Shown here in pieces: positions 43,328 through 51,668 of a stretch of 64,000 bases of DNA (its first letter is position 1; each line of letters begins with the position of its first letter). This DNA is from Nitrospirota bacterium (GTDB lineage: Bacteria > Nitrospirota > UBA9217). The notes under the pieces were generated by a model. The model saw nothing but the letters and a program-made list of their open reading frames with translations, did not search any database and was not told the DNA's origin. The DNA is taken from assembly GCA_963818475.1 (NCBI GenBank), contig CAWFSF010000005.1, positions 288,001 through 352,000 on the forward strand, read 5' to 3'. The position numbers and the translations under genes were made by a program.

Positions 43328-44431
43328 TTAATAGGTGGCGATGGGTTCCTGGTCATGAATGCTACTATGCGATTTATGAGACGCTAAACATCCTGCTGCA
43401 CTGGTAAAGATCTCCGGTGTCACACCTAATGCTTTCTTGAGCGCCACATCACGGTCCCAGGGATTGGTAATCCGTGCGATAGTGATCATCTGCCGGAACG
43501 AAAGCAGGAACGGAAAGGCAAAAGAAGATACGATGCCGGTGTTGATAAGCGGCATATCAGTGCCGTAAAGAAGGCGGCCCTTCAGCTCTTGCTGCTTCAG
43601 AACACGCTGCAGTCGGCCGAGCCGGTTGATCTGCGTAAGGGAAGAGATATCGCCGTAGAGGTTGGGGTACTCGCGGCATAGACGGATAAAGCGATCATAA
43701 TTCGATTCCCCGTGACTGTGGCCGCTGCATGCGCTATGGGCTGCGATCACGGTCACTCCCAGGCTAAGGGGAAGGCGCAGCAGTTCCGGATCTCCCAACT
43801 CATCCTTCGACCTGGTAAAGGTCCGCTCCTCTCCCGTATGCGTAAGGAGCGGCAGGCCAAGGTCCTTGAGCCTCAGATAGAACGCAATGAGCCGTGGATC
43901 TGAGGGATCGATATTCTGGATCGGCGGCAACCATTTGACTAACACGGCCCCGTCTCGTGCCGCTTTCTCCAGGCGCTGGATAGCGTCCTTGCGATAGGGA
44001 TTGATGCTTGCACCGAAGAGGAGATTAGGATATTTCCGGATCTCTGTTGCAACAAAGTCGTTCGGGATGTACAGTTCCGTTTGCTGTAAATCGAGTTCGC
44101 CATTTTCTCCCACTACGCCGTCAATCGCTAAAACTACAGCAGAGGAAACAGACTGGGATCTAGAAAGGCTCTCTGATAGGCGTTTCAGGATCAAACCATC
44201 CCCTTCGCGAAGGAGGTCCTTCTCGGTAACGCCGAAGGACTTCAAGAATAGACGATACTTCCAACTACGCCGGATCGGTTCTGAGACAAAGCAGCCGCTC
44301 CCCCCTGCGCCGATACCGGCTACATGACAGTGCATGTCGATGACGCTTTGGCTTGCGTCAACAGTCGAGCAGAACCCGGCCAATGTTAGAACTAAACTTG
44401 AAATAGTAAATTTCCTCATTAAGATCCTCAT
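43328..44431 (-). CDS. Secreted amidohydrolase-2 family metalloenzyme
   Basis: IDMHCH, LLTHTG, IAAH, YGTDMP. Confidence 0.85.
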   Translation of the reverse strand: MRILMRKFTISSLVLTLAGFCSTVDASQSVIDMHCHVAGIGAGGSGCFVSEPIRRSWKYRLFLKSFGVTEKDLLREGDGLILKRLSESLSRSQSVSSAVVLAIDGVVGENGELDLQQTELYIPNDFVATEIRKYPNLLFGASINPYRKDAIQRLEKAARDGAVLVKWLPPIQNIDPSDPRLIAFYLRLKDLGLPLLTHTGEERTFTRSKDELGDPELLRLPLSLGVTVIAAHSACSGHSHGESNYDRFIRLCREYPNLYGDISSLTQINRLGRLQRVLKQQELKGRLLYGTDMPLINTGIVSSFAFPFLLSFRQMITIARITNPWDRDVALKKALGVTPEIFTSAAGCLASHKSHSSIHDQEPIATY

Positions 44432-44454
44432 GTTTACGTCAGTCCCCTAATCTA

Positions 44455-44472
44455 TTTCAAGTTGTGTGCCAG
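44455..44472 (-). promoter_or_regulatory. Putative sigma54 promoter of the amidohydrolase-aas-lplT operon
   Basis: CTGGCACACAACTTGA (TGGCAC-N5-TTGA), divergent from a GAFTGA activator gene. Confidence 0.65.
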
Positions 44473-44553
44473 CGACGAGCCACCAGCTATCATCATGAAA
44501 TGCTGTGCTTTTATTGTTGTCCACCGGCGTTGGTACAGGTTTAGATATTTAAA

Positions 44554-44583
44554 TTGACATAAATTGCACACATCATATACAAT
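44554..44583 (+). promoter_or_regulatory. Putative sigma70 promoter giving a leaderless mRNA for the activator
   Basis: TTGACA-N18-TACAAT, ending 7 nt before ATG 44590; no Shine-Dalgarno. Confidence 0.5.
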
Positions 44584-44589
44584 AAATGC

Positions 44590-46080
44590 ATGAAAGATAT
44601 CCAGCCAATATCCAAAGAAGAATGGACCTTTTTCGAGACTGTCGCCAGCGCCGCTTTTGCCAATCCCTTTGGCGAAAGACGTGACAGCTTGGACCGCAGC
44701 ATCGGAGGCGTTGGTGTCGATTCAACGGGCACGGAAATTATTCAGGCTGTAGTGGACCGCGTAGCGGCCCGCATGAAAGAGATAACAAGGAAAGGAAAGG
44801 CCGACCTGCGACAGTACGAGGGCAGTCGCCGCGAGCTGATTCGCCGTGTATTCTTATTCCACGTTTTCCACAGCTACACTGATCAGTTCGATGAGTTGAT
44901 TCAAGTCCAGGTGAAGAACGGTGACGTGCCCTGCCGCGTTGAGTTTTCTGACAAGGCATTGAGCGAGCTGCGTGCATTCGGGTTTTCAGAAGCAGATAGT
45001 CTGCGCTACTTTGCGGTGTTCTACCAGTTGCGCAGGGCGTATTACTTCATACGGAACGGCCTTGTCGGCAATTCTCCCTCCATGAAAGCTTTGCGGAAAC
45101 ACCTCTGGAACTGCGTCTTTACCCATGACATGAGCTGGTTCGAGGCGCGGCTCTGGAACCGGATGGAGGATTTCTCCATATTACTTCTGGGGGAGACAGG
45201 GACAGGCAAGGGTTCTGCTGCTGCGGCCATAGGACGGTCCGGATTCATTCCCTTCGATACGGGGAAAAAATGCTTCACCGAAACCATCAACCGAAACTTC
45301 GTCGCCATTAACCTTTCCCAATATTCGGAAGGCGTGCTGGAATCGGAACTGTTCGGCCACAAGAAAGGGGCATTCACCGGGGCTGTGGACAACCACGAAG
45401 GATTATTTAGCCGGTGCGCTCCCCATGGTACGATCTTCCTGGACGAGATCGGCGATGCGAGCATCCCGGTACAGATCAAGCTGCTTCAGGTGCTGCAAGA
45501 GCGGGTGTTTTTCCCCGTCGGGAACCACGAGGCACGGCGGTTTAGCGGCAGGATCATTGCAGCAACTAACAGGCAGTTGGATAAACTCCGGCGGGACGGC
45601 AAGTTCCGGGATGACCTCTACTTTCGCCTCTGCTCAGATGAGGTCGTTCTCCCGACCTTGCGGCAACGGTTCCAGGAGGATCCGCGCGAACTGGACCTCC
45701 TGCTCGAGAGCATTCTCTCTCGCCTCTACGGGGAGACGTCATCATCGAGAGTCGAGTCGCTGCAACATATCCTGCTACGCGACGTCGGAGCCGATTACCA
45801 GTGGCCGGGAAATGTGCGGGAATTGCAGCAGGCGGTAAAGAGGATTATCCTTACGGGAAGATACCAGGGGGAACAGGACCAGAGAAAAAGAGATGCAGCT
45901 GTGGCTAACAGTTTGACCGCTGGAATAACTGATTGCTCGTTCGACGCAGAGACACTTCTGGCTGAGTACTGCGCTTCGATTTACGAACGGTATGAGACCT
46001 ACGAGGAGGTTGCCAGAATAACGAAGCTGGACAGACGCACTGCTAAGAAATACGTCCAGATGGGATTTAAAAAGCCATAG
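44590..46080 (+). CDS. Sigma54-dependent enhancer-binding protein with unrecognised N-terminal domain
   Basis: GETGTGK, ESELFGHKKGAFTGA, FLDEIGD, FRDDLYFRL, WPGNVREL, C-terminal HTH. Confidence 0.93.
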   Translation: MKDIQPISKEEWTFFETVASAAFANPFGERRDSLDRSIGGVGVDSTGTEIIQAVVDRVAARMKEITRKGKADLRQYEGSRRELIRRVFLFHVFHSYTDQFDELIQVQVKNGDVPCRVEFSDKALSELRAFGFSEADSLRYFAVFYQLRRAYYFIRNGLVGNSPSMKALRKHLWNCVFTHDMSWFEARLWNRMEDFSILLLGETGTGKGSAAAAIGRSGFIPFDTGKKCFTETINRNFVAINLSQYSEGVLESELFGHKKGAFTGAVDNHEGLFSRCAPHGTIFLDEIGDASIPVQIKLLQVLQERVFFPVGNHEARRFSGRIIAATNRQLDKLRRDGKFRDDLYFRLCSDEVVLPTLRQRFQEDPRELDLLLESILSRLYGETSSSRVESLQHILLRDVGADYQWPGNVRELQQAVKRIILTGRYQGEQDQRKRDAAVANSLTAGITDCSFDAETLLAEYCASIYERYETYEEVARITKLDRRTAKKYVQMGFKKP

Positions 46081-46107
46081 CAAGTTTTGTCGGTAGAGCT
46101 ATAAATA

Positions 46108-46255
46108 TGTCGTATCAAGAAACAATTAAGTCGCTTGAAATATAGTATATAACCTATTGATTTTTGGCTCTCCAAAAAAACGCTTAAAAGCGCGAAGTCA
46201 CCGGCTTTCCCGACTACAAACAATAAAGTCGTCAAAATCGCAAACAATTAAGTCG
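46108..46255 (+). repeat. Left end: three spaced transposase-binding repeats plus an IHF box
   Basis: AAACAATTAAGTCG 46120-46133, AAACAATAAAGTCG 46218-46231, AAACAATTAAGTCG 46242-46255. Reverse-complement AATCAATAGGTTA at 46150-46162. Confidence 0.75.
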
Positions 46256-46369
46256 GCCCTTTTTTTGCTTTGGACGAAGCTCGCAATAAGAACAACCTCG
46301 TCGACTTCACCTACAAACCCGCATTTCCAGACAGACGAAACACTTGTCGAATTCTGTTTATAGCTTGCA

Positions 46370-46448
46370 CATGAACGCCTAAAGGTACGGCGTGGTTGAA
46401 ATCATCATGTTGGGTTTCGCCGTGATCTACGCGGCCTATTTGTTTTGC
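46370..46448 (-). mobile_element. Degenerate attC site
   Basis: GCAAAAC...ACGGCG...CGCCGT...GGC GTTCATG, starting 3 bp after the methyltransferase stop. Confidence 0.5.
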
Positions 46449-46451
46449 GGC

Positions 46452-47123
46452 TCACTTATGGGCTACAAATAAGGCATAGCTTCCGACTACGTCCACAGAA
46501 TATGTCGCAAAATTGGCGGCTAATATCCTTTCTAGATCATCAGCGTTATCTTGCAGATTGCTGAAAACCGAAAGCTTATTATATAGGGGATTGGCGTGCC
46601 GGAAGAGAAAACCAGCATCAACCCCCTGGCCGAGAACGGTAGCGCCAAAAAATACTCCGCCTTTATTCAGGAAACGATTAAGGTTCCTAAAAACGATTTC
46701 CTTGCCCAGCATACTGCCGGGAAGACAGTGGAGGAAATTCGCGGCGCCGATAGAATTGAAGATCGGCATATCCCCAGGATAGGGTTCCAGCACGTTCCAG
46801 TGGTGGGCGACGGAATGGTATCTGCTGATTCGGCCGGATGCTTTTTTCAGAGAATTGGTATTCAGGTCCATCAGGTGGACGATCGGATGGGCGACCGGGA
46901 ATCGGCACTTATCAAGAAAATAACCGGAGCCGACGCCTACATCGAGATGCATATCCGAGACATGCTTATTGTAAAGATCGAGTATTTTTTTAGCGGAACA
47001 TTTAAAAATGCACTGCATTTCTAAAATCAGGACTTCCCAATCATAGATAGACAAAAGGAAATTAGAGTATACGGCGGCGCCTGCAATTGCCTCCTTTGAT
47101 GCTGGAATGTCTTTTTGGACCAT
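46452..47123 (-). CDS. Class I SAM-dependent methyltransferase (cassette gene)
   Basis: HLDVGVGSGYFL, MDLN, FLHCLPG, FGATVLG. Confidence 0.85.
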   Translation of the reverse strand: MVQKDIPASKEAIAGAAVYSNFLLSIYDWEVLILEMQCIFKCSAKKILDLYNKHVSDMHLDVGVGSGYFLDKCRFPVAHPIVHLMDLNTNSLKKASGRISRYHSVAHHWNVLEPYPGDMPIFNSIGAANFLHCLPGSMLGKEIVFRNLNRFLNKGGVFFGATVLGQGVDAGFLFRHANPLYNKLSVFSNLQDNADDLERILAANFATYSVDVVGSYALFVAHK

Positions 47124-47147
47124 CACTTCTCCTTTGCAGCTATATGG

Positions 47148-47205
47148 TTTCAACACGCGAGTGAGCCGCGTGTTTTTCGCGGCCTACTCTAACCGCTTGT
47201 TGGAT
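47148..47205 (-). mobile_element. attC site
   Basis: ATCCAAC AAGCGGTTAGAG...ACGCGGCTCACTCGCGT GTTGAAA; 58 bp. Confidence 0.72.
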
Positions 47206-47254
47206 CATGCCGTCTATTTTCAGCTTTTATGAGACGGCCATGATAACAACTTCA

Positions 47255-48526
47255 TCAGGAAAAGAATCGCTTCTCTATCAGTTCGATAGCTTTTATAATT
47301 CCATTTTCCTTTTGCATCATCGCGCTGAGTTCTTCAGCTCTCTTTTTCATATTAGGATCGTCAAGAACTGTTCTTATGGCCTGGCCCAACTTGCGTGCCG
47401 TTATCTTTCTTCTGTGAAGCACATTTGTGGCAACACCCAGGCGCTGTAATTCGTTTGCATAAAAAGTCTGATCTCCAAAATGTTCAATGACAACCGATGG
47501 ACAGCCGTGAAGCAGTGCAGAATGAGTCGTACCCGCACCGCCGTGATGAACTACCGCGGAACAATAGGGAAAAATATATTGATGAGGCACGTTCTGGATC
47601 TTATATATATCGGGATAGTTGGGAAAGTCACGAAGTTCGTCCCACCGGGATTGGACAATGGCCCGGCATCCCGCAGACAATGCGCCCTGAACCAGGATTT
47701 TAGTAGTTATGTCCGGCGATGCGTCGAGAGAAAACATGCTGCCCAACGTTATAAAAACCGGTGGAGCGCCTGCTTCCAGAAACTGCTTCAAATTGCCAGG
47801 CATGGTCCATTTTTCAGCTGTGTTCGGGACAGTGAATACGCCACAAACATGATGATAGTCGGGCCAGTCCGGCTGTTTACGTCCGATTGCAGAAGTTTCG
47901 GCAACAAGGTTCAATTCTCTTGATATCCACACGGTATCTGCAATTTTCGAGGCTGGCGACAACCCAATCCTTTTTCTCAATTTATTCACTTCTAAACCGA
48001 TTGTACGATCTACTAAGTAATTAAACAATTTCCACCAAAAAGGGTTCATCCATTTCCCGAAATTGGGAACCCCAAAAATTGGGGTGTGCTTTGAATAGAT
48101 CCCGGCGTGGTTAAGCATCACGCTTGCGTAAGGCCTGTGCGCTTTTTCAGCAGCAGCTTGCACAGGGTAGTGGAGGAAGTGCCCAATGATTACGTCATTT
48201 TCGAGACAAAGCCGCTCTGCTGCGTCAAACATTTCCAATATAAGAGGATTAAAATAATACTCCAAGATAAGTTCAATTTGCTTGAGGGAATTAGGTGCTC
48301 CGATTATTTTGTCTTGAAAAAGACGAATTGTTTTATCATCATAGGTCAGCTTACCGATGTGTGATAAGGCAAAATTCATTTCTCTTCCGTAAGAGCTGTA
48401 ATCCTTGTTATCCACGCTCGTTACGACCATCGAAACGTCATGACCTCTGGTACGTAAGCCGCCTGCCAACGCAAGCAACGGGCGGATGTCACCATCACTG
48501 CCCCACGTTTGCAATCCGATCTTCAT
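47255..48526 (-). CDS. GT-B glycosyltransferase, GT1/sterol-glucosyltransferase-like (cassette gene)
   Basis: GSDGDIRP, VFITLGS, VPH..IFP, HHGGAGTT, FGDQ. Confidence 0.9.
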   Translation of the reverse strand: MKIGLQTWGSDGDIRPLLALAGGLRTRGHDVSMVVTSVDNKDYSSYGREMNFALSHIGKLTYDDKTIRLFQDKIIGAPNSLKQIELILEYYFNPLILEMFDAAERLCLENDVIIGHFLHYPVQAAAEKAHRPYASVMLNHAGIYSKHTPIFGVPNFGKWMNPFWWKLFNYLVDRTIGLEVNKLRKRIGLSPASKIADTVWISRELNLVAETSAIGRKQPDWPDYHHVCGVFTVPNTAEKWTMPGNLKQFLEAGAPPVFITLGSMFSLDASPDITTKILVQGALSAGCRAIVQSRWDELRDFPNYPDIYKIQNVPHQYIFPYCSAVVHHGGAGTTHSALLHGCPSVVIEHFGDQTFYANELQRLGVATNVLHRRKITARKLGQAIRTVLDDPNMKKRAEELSAMMQKENGIIKAIELIEKRFFS

Positions 48527-48535
48527 CTTTTTCTC

Positions 48536-48596
48536 CTGTAACGCGCGGATAAGACGCGATACCTCTCCGCGTCGTCCTCGATCCGCATCGTTAGAA
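48536..48596 (-). mobile_element. attC site
   Basis: TTCTAAC GATGCGGATCGAGGACGACGCG...CGCGTCTTATCCGCGC GTTACAG; 61 bp, right after the DUF4386 stop. Confidence 0.8.
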
Positions 48597-48599
48597 TCA

Positions 48600-49325
48600 T
48601 CATGAGGATTCACTTCGTTCTATCCGACCTGCCGACTTGGAAGCGATTGCAGTAGGATTGAATCCTTTAACGATCAGCCATATTGACATAACCAGTTCTT
48701 GCAAGCCTATTGGAGGCGCAAAATAAGCCATGGCCTTCATCAATGGCATAGCACCGAATATATCGAACATGTGTAACAATGCACCTATTGATAAAAGAAC
48801 AGCTGCCAAAAACCCCCAACCTGATAGCCAACGAGGAATAAGCTTGGATTTAAATAGTAAATAGTAAAACAGAATAGCGCCTAAAGTATAAACGATTATA
48901 TAAAGCAGCGTGGCCCATTCTGTTCTTGCGTGAATTGAATTACCCAATACTTGGAAATATGAATCAGGCGGAGCTCCTGAGTGTAAATAGTCCTGACTTA
49001 AACTGATAAGTGACAGTGAGTTGATAGTGAGAAAAATATGGAGAACGCCCTCGAGGAGCCTGAAAACAACATACCCAAGCGCTATTCTTTCATTAAATAT
49101 TTTAAACAGGGGAAACAACATGATTGGAATCAGAATCATGGCAGGAGCACAAATGAAATCAAGTAGTATTCCTATTTTCACCGGAATTTTATTTGGATAT
49201 ACATTAACAATATAGTCCGGAGCATTGAGAATGGGTCGATAAATATTTGAAGCCACAATATTAAAGACAAGCGCAATTAGAAATAATACTCCTACACTTA
49301 TTGCGGTTTTTCTGTATGAATTCAT
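48600..49325 (-). CDS. DUF4386-family membrane protein (cassette gene)
   Basis: RKTAISVGVLF, LGYVVFRLLEG, SKLIPRWLSGWG, ELVMSIWLIVKGF. Confidence 0.85.
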   Translation of the reverse strand: MNSYRKTAISVGVLFLIALVFNIVASNIYRPILNAPDYIVNVYPNKIPVKIGILLDFICAPAMILIPIMLFPLFKIFNERIALGYVVFRLLEGVLHIFLTINSLSLISLSQDYLHSGAPPDSYFQVLGNSIHARTEWATLLYIIVYTLGAILFYYLLFKSKLIPRWLSGWGFLAAVLLSIGALLHMFDIFGAMPLMKAMAYFAPPIGLQELVMSIWLIVKGFNPTAIASKSAGRIERSESS

Positions 49326-49347
49326 TATTTCTCCTTTTTGTTCTTAC

Positions 49348-49467
49348 GTATAATCTCGGCGGTAAGCAGCCAGCCCCTGCAGGGGCGATCCGGCCGTCGG
49401 AACGCGAAGCGCTGAGGGAACCTGCAAGCCCAGCTTGCAGTTGGTCCGGTTGACCGAGAGATTAGGC
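49348..49467 (-). mobile_element. Long attC-like site with non-canonical AAT/ATT core
   Basis: GCCTAATCTCTCGGTCAACCGGACC...TGCAAGC-TGG-GCTTGCA...GCTTACCGCCGAGATTATAC; 120 bp. Confidence 0.65.
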
Positions 49468-49737
49468 CACGACACCAGGGGCATTAACGACACTCAGCAA
49501 CCACTGGCCTTGCGTGCCAGCGAGGTACTCGTTCCGATATTGGCAAAAGGCCGGATCCAGCGTCGATAGGGACGCCGCCGACCTTCCATAAGCAACTGAT
49601 GGATCTATGCTTTGAACCTTGGTATCCACCCGGAATGCGGGACACTTTTCGTTCCAAATGAAGCGCGTTCCAGGAGTCACGAATATGCCGGTTAAGTAGG
49701 AGAGACTCCGATCAGCCTGCGGCTCTTTCCAACGTGC
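49462..49737 (-). pseudogene. 5'-truncated cassette ORF
   Basis: Open frame ARWKEPQADRSLSYLTGIFVTPGTRF...GVVA; its TAA lies in the attC R'' box and it is cut at the element's right end. Confidence 0.5.
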
Positions 49738-49746
49738 TTAATTTGG

Positions 49747-49855
49747 AACTTAATTGTTTGTCTAAAATAAACTAGAGGGAGTTTTTAGATGACTTAATTG
49801 TTTAACGATGACTTAATTGTCTAAGTTACGACTTAATTGTTTCTCCATAGAGGCA
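49747..49855 (-). repeat. Right end: four transposase-binding repeats, three of them contiguous
   Basis: (G/A)ACTTAATTGT at 49747, 49791, 49810 and 49830; terminal CA at 49854-49855. Confidence 0.78.
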
Positions 49856-49861
49856 AAATCC

Positions 49862-51498
49862 TCAGCTCTCGCACGCAAGCTTCGCAAGCTCCTCCGAAAA
49901 CATCTCGAAATTGACCGAATAATCTACCGGGCATTCGATCACGACGAGCTTCTTCAGGGCAAAAGCGTCCCGCAGGACCTTCGTAAGATCGTCCCCTTCG
50001 CGCACCTTCACCCCCACCGCGCCGAAGCTCTCGGCGTATTTCGCAAAATCGGGATTCCGGTAATCGAGGCCGAAGGCCGGGAATCCCTTGGCCTGCTGCT
50101 CCCACTTGATGAACCCGAAAGCATTGTCGTTCAGGATAAGCACGACCAGCGGGATGTCATATCGGAGGGCTGTTTCCAGTTCCTGCGAATTCATCATGAA
50201 ACCGCCGTCGCCCACCACGGCAAGCACCTTCCGGTCCGGCCGGAGCATTTTCGCGGCGATGCCGGAAGGCAGCCCTGCGCCCATGGTCGCCAGGGCGTTG
50301 TCCAGCAGGAAGGTGTTGGGCTTGTACGTGCGGTACAGCCGCGAGAACCAGAGCTTGTAGATGCCGTTGTCCAGGGTCAGGATGTCCTCGTGCGCCAGGA
50401 CCTCGCGAACGTGCCGGACGATATCCTGCGGCGTCAGTGGGTATTGTTTGTTGAATTCGATCGAAAGTTTTCTGTCCAGGAATTCACGGACCTCCCGGAA
50501 GGTCTTGTCGCTCTTCCGGTCGGCCACCAGTTCTCCCAGCTGCTGCAGCGAGCAGGAGATATCGCCGATGACCTCGATGTCCGGGTTGTAGTACGTGTCC
50601 ACATCAGCGCCGCTGAAATCGATATTGATGATCTTCTTGTCGAGATTTCTGTTCCAGACGTAGGGCGGATATTCAACGATGTTATACCCGATGGTGATGA
50701 TCAGGTCGGCCCGGTCGATGCCGCAGTTGACGTAATCGCGCCGGTGGATCCCGGCTGCGAAGAGGCTGTAGTCCGATGCATCGCTCAGCACGCCTTTTCC
50801 CATCTGCGTGTGCACCACATGGATGCCGGTCTTGTCGATGAACTGCATGAGCTGCTTCGTGATCAGGTTGCGGTTCGCGCCTGACGACAGGATGATGAGC
50901 GGGTGCTTCGCTTTGTTGATCAGGTCGGCGGCGCGCAGGATCGCCTTGCGGTCAGGCGCGGGCCTCCGCACATAGACCCCGTTTCTGGATCTTTGCATTC
51001 GGTCTCGCTTTCGGCCACGTCCTCGGGCAGTTCGATGTGGACCGCGCCCGGACGCTCCGCCTGGGCAAGCTTGAACGCGTTCCGCAGCACCGTGGGGATC
51101 TCGCCCGGATCGATGATGGAAACGGCATCCTTGGTGAGCGGCCGCATGACGCTGACGATATCGATGAGCTGGAAGCGGGCCTGACGGTTCTCGCGCAGCG
51201 CCTTCTGGCCCGAGATGGAAATGAAGGGCGCGCCGATCAGCTGCGCATGGGCGACGCCGGTCACGAGGTTCGTCGCGCCCGGTCCGAGCGTGGAGAAGCA
51301 GACGCCGGCCTTGCCGGTCAGCCTTCCGTAGGTGGCTGCCATGAAAGCGGCTGCCTGTTCATGCCGGGTGATGACGACCTTGATGGACGACGTGCGAAGC
51401 GATTCGAGCAGATCGAGGTTCTCCTCGCCCGGCAGGCCGAAAATATATTCCACTCCTTCTTCTTCAAGCTGCCGCACGAACAGGTCTGATGCTTTCAT
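49862..51498 (-). CDS. Acetolactate synthase large-subunit-like TPP enzyme (one indel)
   Basis: FGLPGEEN, RHEQAAAFMA, TLGPGATN, GDGGFMM...LNDN. Confidence 0.92.
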
Positions 51499-51668
51499 GA
51501 ACACTCCTGAAAATAAAAGTTACCGCCGAGACACGGAGAAAGGCGAATGGCAACACCTTTGACACGGATCAGCACGGAGAACAGCTATGATAACGGCGGA
51601 TTGAATCCGCATCTATCATATTTAAAATCCGCCCTTATCCGTGTCAAAGAATTTGTGCTTCTTTCGAT

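Larger units (their letters stand above)
46108..49855. mobile_element. Non-autonomous Tn7-like element carrying an integron cassette array
   Basis: Ends TGTCGTATCAAGAAACAATTAAGTCG and (reverse complement) TGCCTCTATGGAGAAACAATTAAGTCG. Repeated AACAATWAAGTC sites in inverted orientation; flanks AAATA and AAATC. Confidence 0.75.

Noticed and set aside
49747-49845. GACTTAATTGT direct repeats as a CRISPR array or plasmid iterons
   Set aside because: The period is only 19-20 bp with no spacers of CRISPR length, and there is no cas or rep gene. The inverted counterpart 3.6 kb away fits transposon ends.
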